From: a virus
DNA: 64,000 nt
Strand: one strand, 5' to 3'
Virus record (IMG/VR): IMGVR_UViG_3300045988_184160
Span: 96,001 to 160,000 of that record
Shown: piece after piece, positions 1-7,900 of the stretch
Position numbering within the stretch: position 1 is the first letter of the stretch
Layout: each line of letters opens with the position of its first letter
The notes under the pieces: generated by a model
Databases searched by the model: none
Seen by the model: only the letters and a program-made list of their open reading frames with translations
Told to the model about the DNA's origin: nothing
Translations under genes and position numbers: made by a program

Positions 1-48
1 GGTGTTTACTCAGAATAAGCAACCTTTCATGAGGAGAAATATAGGAAA

Positions 49-909
49 ATGGTTAAACAAATATACAAACTAGTGGCAGGCTTCATGCTTGGCATTATCC
101 TCGTGTTCGCGGGTGGTGCAGCCGCCAACGCTTACACTCAAGAGGATGCACAGAGCGTCGCAGCGCTGTCTTCAAGCGTGTACGAGCAGGTTTCCGCCAA
201 CAAGTACGAGGCTGCTGGTGGCGGAACTAAGAGCTCCATGATCGCTGGTTCCCGCCTTTTCACTAAGGACGAAGAGACCGGCGTGTACAAAGTGAACGAA
301 AAAGAGTTCGCTCGCCTGTCCACCAACGGTAAGAACAAGGTCGCTGACGACGTTATCAAAGCAACCAACGAAACCGTAGCCAACGAAGAGGGTAACGAAA
401 CCAGCCTCATCGACCAGTCCGCTAAAGACAACTGGTTCAAAGACCTGTCCAAGTCCAAGGGCCTCGGTTCACGTCTGATCAACGACACCACCTCCGAGTG
501 GGTCCCAGACTTCGCTGCTGGTAAGCGTATCCTCGCGCCCCTGACCGGTATCATCTCAACCCTCATGGGCTTGGGTGCGATCCTGATCATGTCCCTCCTG
601 GGTCTGCAGGTTGTTGCTGAGGTCCTGTTCATCACCATCCCCTCAACCCGTGGGTTCTTCGGTGGTGTCGATACAGGTGTCCTGAACGGTGGGGACAAGA
701 AGGTCATCTACCAAGGCTTCGTGTCCGGTGCCGCACGTAAGGCTGTTGAGAAAGCTGACAGCAACGACGGTAAGGCGCTCGCTATCTGGGCTGGTAACAC
801 CTTCATTAAGCTACTGGCTCTAGCTATCGTCCTCGTGTTCTTCATCAACGGTGAGATCCTGCCGTTCATCGGTGGTCTGACTGACTGGGTACACGCCCTG
901 TTTGTCTAA
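49..909 (+). CDS. Secreted/membrane protein, T4SS-cluster family A (paralog of 2508..3497)
   Basis: 286-aa ORF. Signal-like N-terminus (LGIILVFAGGAAANA), ~150-aa hydrophilic domain, two C-terminal hydrophobic helices. Shares the motifs Y-x-V/T-x(3,4)-F-x-R-L and GFVSxxAxKAxxK with 2508..3497. Confidence 0.7.
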   Translation: MVKQIYKLVAGFMLGIILVFAGGAAANAYTQEDAQSVAALSSSVYEQVSANKYEAAGGGTKSSMIAGSRLFTKDEETGVYKVNEKEFARLSTNGKNKVADDVIKATNETVANEEGNETSLIDQSAKDNWFKDLSKSKGLGSRLINDTTSEWVPDFAAGKRILAPLTGIISTLMGLGAILIMSLLGLQVVAEVLFITIPSTRGFFGGVDTGVLNGGDKKVIYQGFVSGAARKAVEKADSNDGKALAIWAGNTFIKLLALAIVLVFFINGEILPFIGGLTDWVHALFV

Positions 910-955
910 AACCGGCACCTCGGGTGCTGTAACCTGAGGGAAGAATACCTGATGT

Positions 956-1017
956 GAAGGGGTGAGCACACGAAACTAGCAGGGGAAAATGTTACCCCGT
1001 TCGTGTGCTCCCCCTTC
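956..1017 (+). terminator. Long stem-loop after gene 49..909
   Basis: GAAGGGGTGAGCACACGAA (956..974) pairs with TTCGTGTGCTCCCCCTTC (1000..1017), giving 18 bp with one bulge. The weak T-tract is immediately followed by the IS left end. Confidence 0.5.
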
Positions 1018-1221
1018 CTAAGGGTTTATCTAGTTTACTGAGAAGACTCCGTCCTTTAGGGGGGGGGTGAATCAGGTGCTAGTCCGGTCCTGGGTCTTCA
1101 CATGCTCAGTAATCACATTCAATGGGGCACCAGCAGCAGAACTGGAATAATAAGGCCGTGACCACAGATGCCCACCCCATATCGGTATTATTTTCCGTGA
1201 CACCAAGTATATAATAGAGGT

Positions 1222-2454
1222 ATGAGCATCAAACGTTATCGTTACCGCGCCTACCCTAGGAAAAGGCAAGAACAGCTGATTGCTGCCCTGTTCGGGTGTG
1301 TGCGTGTGGTCTATAATGATGCTTTAGCCTACTCGGAAGAACAGTACCGCCAGACGAAAAAGAAGCCTTCCAGTAAAGAGCTTTCTGCTCGGCTCACTCA
1401 CCTGAAACAGACCCCTGAAAAAGCGTGGCTGAAAGACGTTTCCGCTGTACCCTTACAGCAGTCCTTACGGGATCTGGGTAGGGCGTACACTAACTTTTTC
1501 ACCTCCGTTACAGGTAAGCGTAAAGGGGGTAGGGTTGGTGCCCCACGGTTCAGGAAACGCTCATCTCGGCAAGCTGCTAGGTTCACGTCCCAAGCATTCA
1601 AGGTTAGACAAACCACCCACGGGGTAGGTTTCGTGAAACTGCCTAAGATCGGTGAAATCCGCTTCAGCCTCTCACGTACCCTACCCTCACCCCCAACCTC
1701 CGTGACCCTGATCCAGGAGGCGGATGGTAGGTATTATGTGTCTTTCGTTGTTGAAACCACCCCCACCCCAGCCCCGAAGCCTACCGCCTACGCGGTAGGC
1801 GTGGATATGGGCTTGAAGAACCTAGCTATCGCGGTGAACAGTAACGGGGGAAGCACCGTCTTCGCTAACACTAGACCCCTGAAACAAGCCGAGAAGAAAC
1901 TAGTCCGGTTACAGAAACAACTCTCGAAAAAGAAAAAAGGCAGTAACCGTTACACCAGACAACGACTCAGGGTAGCTAAAGCCCACACGAAAGTCCGAAA
2001 CACGCGAACCCATTACCTGCACCATGTAGCGAACCAGATTGTTAACGAAAACCAAGTTATCACCCTGGAAACCCTCTCAATCACGGGCCTCGCTAGAACC
2101 TGGCTGGGTAAGAGCGTGTTGGACGCTAGCTGGGGGCACCTCAACCAGCTGATTGAAGAGAAAGTAGCCGAACATGGTAGAACCCTTATCCGCGTGGATA
2201 GGTTCGCACCCACTACCCAGCTCTGCTCGATCTGCGGGGCACCTAACGGCAGGAAACCGTTGAATATCCGCGCATGGGTCTGCACTGGGTGCCAGTCCCA
2301 TGTGGACAGGGACTTGAACGCGGCGGTTAATATACTACTCGCGGCAGGGCTTGCCGAGAGTCTAAACGAACACTGCGGAGATAATGTAAGACGTTTGCTA
2401 GCAAACGCTGTTATTGTTGATGCTGTTCACCCACCGAGAGCAGCTACGTTCTAG
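1222..2454 (+). CDS. tnpB: TnpB (IS605 OrfB-type RNA-guided nuclease), apparently intact
   Basis: 410 aa. N-terminal OrfB HTH-like segment (KRYRYRAYP). RuvC-like D/E/D motifs in GVDMGL, TLETLS and DRDLNAAVNI. Zinc ribbon CSICG...CTGC. Confidence 0.9.
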   Translation: MSIKRYRYRAYPRKRQEQLIAALFGCVRVVYNDALAYSEEQYRQTKKKPSSKELSARLTHLKQTPEKAWLKDVSAVPLQQSLRDLGRAYTNFFTSVTGKRKGGRVGAPRFRKRSSRQAARFTSQAFKVRQTTHGVGFVKLPKIGEIRFSLSRTLPSPPTSVTLIQEADGRYYVSFVVETTPTPAPKPTAYAVGVDMGLKNLAIAVNSNGGSTVFANTRPLKQAEKKLVRLQKQLSKKKKGSNRYTRQRLRVAKAHTKVRNTRTHYLHHVANQIVNENQVITLETLSITGLARTWLGKSVLDASWGHLNQLIEEKVAEHGRTLIRVDRFAPTTQLCSICGAPNGRKPLNIRAWVCTGCQSHVDRDLNAAVNILLAAGLAESLNEHCGDNVRRLLANAVIVDAVHPPRAATF

Positions 2455-2505
2455 TGAACGTGGCTACTAGTAGGAATCTCCGTATTTCAAGACGGAGAGG
2501 AAGTC
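2341..2505 (+). ncRNA. Candidate omega-RNA (reRNA) scaffold of copy A, overlapping the tnpB 3' end
   Basis: Region is almost invariant between copies A and B (62 nt identical at 2371..2432) and contains a perfect palindrome CGTTTGCTAGCAAACG (2392..2407). Two downstream hairpins are kept by different stem sequences in the two copies. The 5' limit is uncertain. Confidence 0.5.
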
Positions 2506-2507
2506 AA

Positions 2508-3497
2508 ATGGAGAACAACACTCGGAAAGAGCTTGCGGGGAGGATATGGAGGAAAACTGTGGCGACCACCCCAATACGCAAAATAGTTGCAGCACTGATG
2601 CTCGCCTTCGGTCTTCTGGTCCCCGTGTCCTTGACCGCAGCATCATCAGCTTACGCAGCTGAAACGCCAGCTAGAACAGCGGTTCTAGCGGAAGACTATA
2701 ACGACCCAGCCCCCAATGACACATCCAGCGGGCAGGGCGGTAATGAAAAGATTAAAGGCACCAAAGCCAAATCCACTGTATCTATAGCTAAAGACAACGG
2801 CGACCTGCAGAGCGTCGTTGACTCAATCAACAAGGCATCAAAGAAAGACTGGCTGGAATACGACCCTGCGCAAGGGTACGTCACCTTCGATAGTCAGAGC
2901 TTCAACAGGCTCGACGTTAAATCCCGCAACAACTACATGGAGACAGCGGTGAGCGCGGTGCGCACATCCTCACTGTCAAGCATGTTTAAAAATAAGTTCT
3001 ATGGTTTCCTGAAAGGGCAGGACAGTAGCGCCTACGAAGCGGCCATGCGTGTTCAACGAAACACCTCTGTCGATATTGAGCAGGGCATGAACATGCTGAG
3101 AGGGTTCGGGGTTATCTCGGTTGTGAGCGTGATCCTCGGTCTTCTCGTGATCTTCATCTGGATCGGTGTCGTGTGGGTTACCTTGTGCGACGTTGCGGTT
3201 CTCCTCCTCCCCGTCCTACGGTGGGGCTGGCTCAACCCTGTAGCAGCAGACGGCGGGTACAAGCGCGGGTTCGTGAGCCACAGCGCGTATAAGGCTATTA
3301 AGAAAACTGAGATTGACGGGTCAACAGACCAGCCGGAGCTTTACATTTATTTCAAAGACCGACTCGTATTCGTGGCTTTCGCACTATTCACTACAGTACT
3401 GCTGGTGAGCGGCGACATCCATATGATATTCGCAATACTAGCGGACATGGTTTCACCGCTTATTGATTCCGTTGTTTCGGGTTTTAAGAGGTCTTGA
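2508..3497 (+). CDS. Secreted/membrane protein, T4SS-cluster family A (paralog of 49..909)
   Basis: ATG at 2508 is preceded by GGAGAGGAAG (2494..2503); the longer ORF from 2454 would start inside the IS. Signal-like helix (ALMLAFGLLVPVSLTAASSAYA), ectodomain, hydrophobic C-terminal helices. Shares motifs with 49..909. Confidence 0.7.
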   Translation: MENNTRKELAGRIWRKTVATTPIRKIVAALMLAFGLLVPVSLTAASSAYAAETPARTAVLAEDYNDPAPNDTSSGQGGNEKIKGTKAKSTVSIAKDNGDLQSVVDSINKASKKDWLEYDPAQGYVTFDSQSFNRLDVKSRNNYMETAVSAVRTSSLSSMFKNKFYGFLKGQDSSAYEAAMRVQRNTSVDIEQGMNMLRGFGVISVVSVILGLLVIFIWIGVVWVTLCDVAVLLLPVLRWGWLNPVAADGGYKRGFVSHSAYKAIKKTEIDGSTDQPELYIYFKDRLVFVAFALFTTVLLVSGDIHMIFAILADMVSPLIDSVVSGFKRS

Positions 3498-4950
3498 AAG
3501 TTCCCTCCCCACCCTTTGTGGGCGTGGGGAGGAAACCCGTCCTCACTAGTATGCCTCACCGCCCCATAATTGGTTTTTATGTTTGCGTACCCATATTCTT
3601 ATCCTATACACTGTCGTTTATGAAGACAAAGGAAACTATCGTCCTAGCACCAGGGACAGTGGGTGTGCGCACCTTGCGCCTGCCTTTGGTGCTTAGTGGT
3701 GAACAGTTTTCTGCTCTTGCTCCCGTGTTTGATTTATATAATCAAGTCTGGGGGAAAGTGGTCTTGTGGTGTAACCAGAATAAGTCCGTAAACCGGGTTC
3801 GACTCCAGAAAGAGCTGTACCACCCACTACGAGAAACCTACCCCGAGCTACCTTCACAGTACGTATCGATTCTGCTTCGTGAGGGTGCTGGTGCGGTCAA
3901 GTCCTGGAATAGCAATAACCCTAAACGTAAATGGGAACTCAAAGCTGTTCGGCGGAGAAAGACGCTTTCTCTTGATGCCCGCCTCTTTAGTGTGCGCGGT
4001 GCTCTCCTGACTGTCTCTACACGGGTCAAAAACCCGCGTCTACGCCTACTACTACCTGAGACCCCTACTTGGTTTACCCAACGCTACCCCCAGGGGAAAC
4101 TTAACGCCGCGAAACTAGGTATCACCAGAAGCGGTAAAGCCTACATCAACCTGATTTACCGTGTCCCACAACCCACCCAACCCCCTACCAGTGGGGAGAC
4201 ACTAGGGGTAGACCGTGGGCTATACAAAATCGCTGTCACCAGCAAAGGAGGTGAATACACCTCCAACCAAGTGCGAGCTGCACGCCGGAAATACCAACAC
4301 AACAGGGCTACACTCCAACAAAAAGGCACTCGTTCAGCTAAACGCCGTCTTAAGGCTATGAGCGGACGAGAAAAGCGGTTCATGTCGGATATAAACCACT
4401 GCGTTTCCAAACACCTCGTACACACCCCCAATATCGGACGCATTGTTTTAGAGGACCTGACAGGTATCCGCAGAAACAGGTGCAATAAAACCACCCGTAA
4501 ATGGTTAGGGCAATGGGCTTTCCACCAACTAGAGCACTACATTACCTACAAGGCGCACCAGCAGGGTATTGAAGTGGTCCTTGTTGATCCCGCCTACACG
4601 TCACAACGCTGCTCTGCCTGCGGATACACGGCTAAAAATAACCGGCGTAAAGGGACATTCGCGTGCCGCCAGTGTGGGTTCATTGCTAACGCTGACGTGA
4701 ACGCCGCTATAAACATTAGAGACAAATCTCTTCTCCCTACCACGTAGGTAGGGCAGGGTGCCCGTCATTCACCCGCATGGATAGACAGACGTTTTCTGTC
4801 ATGTCCAAACTGCAGCCCTGAGGGGGTGCAGTAATTGACAAAATAGTGTAAAGATTTCATGTGGACAGGGTTCCCGCTACTGTTATGATTGTAAAGTATC
4901 AGTCAAAGGTTAGCGGGGACCCCTTATTTTTTATGGGGTTCCATAGGGAG
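3498..4950 (+). mobile_element. Second, unrelated TnpB-only IS200/IS605-type element (limits set only by the flanking genes)
   Basis: tnpB has ~120 nt of 5' and ~200 nt of 3' non-coding sequence rich in hairpins (e.g. CCTCCCCA/TGGGGAGG near 3503..3530; GGGTTCCCGCT/AGCGGGGACCC near 4868..4921). It fills the whole spacer between two T4SS genes. Confidence 0.5.
3620..4747 (+). CDS. tnpB: TnpB (IS605 OrfB-type), apparently intact
   Basis: 375 aa from ATG 3620. D/E/D motifs in GVDRGL, VLEDL and NADVNAAINI. Zinc ribbon CSACG...CRQCG. Little similarity to the TnpB at 1222..2454. Confidence 0.9.
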   Translation: MKTKETIVLAPGTVGVRTLRLPLVLSGEQFSALAPVFDLYNQVWGKVVLWCNQNKSVNRVRLQKELYHPLRETYPELPSQYVSILLREGAGAVKSWNSNNPKRKWELKAVRRRKTLSLDARLFSVRGALLTVSTRVKNPRLRLLLPETPTWFTQRYPQGKLNAAKLGITRSGKAYINLIYRVPQPTQPPTSGETLGVDRGLYKIAVTSKGGEYTSNQVRAARRKYQHNRATLQQKGTRSAKRRLKAMSGREKRFMSDINHCVSKHLVHTPNIGRIVLEDLTGIRRNRCNKTTRKWLGQWAFHQLEHYITYKAHQQGIEVVLVDPAYTSQRCSACGYTAKNNRRKGTFACRQCGFIANADVNAAINIRDKSLLPTT

Positions 4951-4955
4951 AGCAC

Positions 4956-7900
4956 GTGGGTATTAGGGAAATAATAAATACTCTCATCAGATGGGTGGCG
5001 CGTATTGTTGGCGCGCCCCTAAAATTGTTTAAAAAGCAGGATAAAAACAATAAGAGCGCAGTAGAGGAAACTGAGCTGACGAAGCCAAGAAAAGGTGAAA
5101 CCAGTAAAAAAGCGTGCCTATTCACCCTCGCCGCGTCCATTGCGGTCATCCCCACTTTGGCGAGCGCTAATATCGCTAACGCCGCCGAAAACCAGTCGCT
5201 AGAAACACAGACGAAATCAGTGATCCTAGCGGACGATAAAAAAGCTACTGGTAACGGTGTTAACGATAGTCACGACGGGAACAAATCAACCACCCAGGTC
5301 AACGACACGATCCGGGTGTTTATTCAGCTCGCAAAAAACAAGGATAAAAATAAGAAACTTGACCTCACCAAGCTAAGTAACGGTGACGCACGATTCATCG
5401 GTAAATACCTCTCCAACTTCTACGCACCTTACGGCACCCAGATAGCTAACGCTGACGGGCAGATGCCGAAAGAAGTTGAAGAGTCTATGATCAAAAACCT
5501 CACCGAAACTGTTGGTATCCAAGAAGCAGACGCTAAAACCCTCGTCACATGGGTGAAAGCGCAGCTCGTGCAAGGCTCAACCGAACTAGAATGGAAATTC
5601 AGTAAAGACGGCAACGCCACCAGCGGCTCCGGCATGCTTGAATCTCCCACAGTGAACGGTAAGAAAGCTGTGGGCGCTAATCCTTACGAGTTCATGAAAA
5701 TCGCATCCGGTGCGTATGGTGCGGGTAGCCTTTATCTGCCTTATGATATTGATGACACTGCCCAAGCATGGGATGGTGTAACAGGCGGCGGTAACTTCTC
5801 CAACAGCGGTGGTGAAGGCGCTAGAACTTACCGTTTCAACGATGCTGGCTGGAAATGTGTCCAAGATAAAACAGGGCTTTCAAAAGAAGACGCTAAAAAT
5901 AAATACATTGATCACGAAGGCCCCAATGATGCTGGTGCTCTTCACCAAGCAGCGTTTGAGGATAACAATCGTGGTGTTTTCCAGCACTATGGTGAAGAAC
6001 GTCGCACTGCGTGGAAAATAGCGTCATGCTCCGAATCGTATGCCGTGCTCTCAGGCGGTGAAGGAGACGATGCCTCTAAAGAAGTCATTCGTGTAGGGAA
6101 CTGGGGTGCATATGCTGGTTACGCTAAAGACCGTGTGAAATACTCGAAAGATGAGCTGAATTTCTACAAGAAAACCCTTGAAGAAAACGAAAATTACGCT
6201 TACCTGACTGACTCTAACGGGCATATCGCTTTCAAAATTGATACCACTGGTGAACAGACAACCGCGTCTGTATCAGCTCTGATGCTCGCCGCCCAGCTAT
6301 CGAATCCTGGGCAAGGCTATGGCAACTCTTTCTACGACCTTCTGAAAGAAGAGTACGAGAAGAACAAAGACAACCGCGAGTTCCTGTCGAAAGCTACGAT
6401 CCTTGACTCGAAACTCAAGATGTCACCTTTCGGCGACCTGCTTTACCAGTCAGGTAACACCACAACCGTGGTTATCCCAGCTATCCTAAACCCCTACGGT
6501 TTCGAAGCTAAAGACCACAAACCAGGTGACGTGCTACCTGCAGCCAACTCATTCGGGTTAGCGGGTACCGGATACAACGCTTTCAGTAGTGTACGTAACT
6601 CTGGCACCCCTCTCGCGCAGTGTGTCATGGGCTCAGGGCACATTAACGACCTTCGAGGGAAAATCTCAGGTCACTATGACGGTGGAGAACATGTATCCAG
6701 CTACCGTGCTGTCCTAGGTAAAGATGATGTTCCCTGGACTACTAGCTGGGGCGGCGCGAGTGACCCAATATCACAAGGCGCGATGGACGCTATGACTGAT
6801 TACGGTGGGTCAAAGCGTCTTTACGGGCAAGACTCCGGCGAAAAGGACGGTGCAGATAGGCATAACTACGCACACCGTATCCCCATCTCATGGAACAACC
6901 ACGACGACGGGCGCTGGGGTGCTAACAGCAATATCTTCCCTAACTTCTGGTTGGGTTGGCATACTCGTTCCCTGTTTGATACGTATAACCGTGAGACTAC
7001 TGACTGTAACGGCTCGGTGGTTGTTGCCGACCTCTACAAGCTTTATGAGGGTAAAGACCCTAAAGCTAACCTAGATGAGAAATCCACCTTCCAAGTGATG
7101 CATTCGCTGAAGGATGACGGGTCTATGGCTATTAAGCAGGTTCCAGATTTCAAGGAAGGCACCACATTTGGTATCCCCAAAGATGGTGGCGGTGCATACA
7201 ACCTGGAAGGGCGTGCTGGTCTGCTGGACTTCAACAAGGTCCTTGACAAGAACGCCGCTATGACCGTGTACCTCACCCTGCTCGTGCAGCAGCACGGTAA
7301 AGGCACCAGCCTCTACGACCAGCTGGGCATGGGGTCTGCTGACTCGAACCTGCCGCCCATTAAAGATGACGTGAAGTTTGATGGGCTGAGTGAGGAACAG
7401 AAGCAGCAGAACGCTAAGGAGCTTGAGAACCAGATTGATAACCAGCTCCGCTGGTACACTTACTACCTCTTGCACCCCACGAAAACCAAGTATAAGAGGG
7501 AGCTGGACAAGAACTCTGGTATCGCCACTGTCTCTGAGGCGCACGCCAACATGATTGGTGCTAATAACCAGGCTGGTACTACTAGTGCATCTAAGTTCAC
7601 TGGTTTCGTTGCTTATTCGGCTATCCCTACGACGGATGATATTAAGTGGACTTCTGGGTTGAAGGACATGTATTTCTCCCAGATCCACTGGGTGTTCGCT
7701 ATCATCCTGGTGGTGTGCCTCATCTACTGGATCGCGGGTTCTCTCACCTTGGGGCAGGCTATTGGGTCCCTCATCGTGTTGTGCTTCCTCTTTGGTACGG
7801 TCACGCACGTGCAGGATTGGGCTGCCGATAAGGCTAACGGTATCGTGAATAACATGTACTCGTCGAAGTTCTCTTACCTTGGGCTGGTGCAGGAAGAAGC

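Larger units (their letters stand above)
1025..2505 (+). mobile_element. IS200/IS605-family TnpB-only element, copy A
   Basis: Bounds come from comparison with inverted copy B. Shared sequence starts at TTTATCTAGTT (1025..1035) and ends at GAGGAAGTC (2497..2505). It carries tnpB only, with no tnpA. Ends are approximate (+/-5 nt). Confidence 0.7.

Noticed and set aside
1072-1269. 65-aa minus-strand ORF in the left end of IS copy A
   Set aside because: It overlaps the tnpB start and the IS left-end structure, and it is not conserved in copy B.
3780-3800. tRNA-like T-arm sequence GGGTTCGACTCC
   Set aside because: It lies inside the tnpB coding frame (..NRVRLQKE..), and no acceptor or anticodon stems can be drawn. 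No tRNA genes were found in the window.
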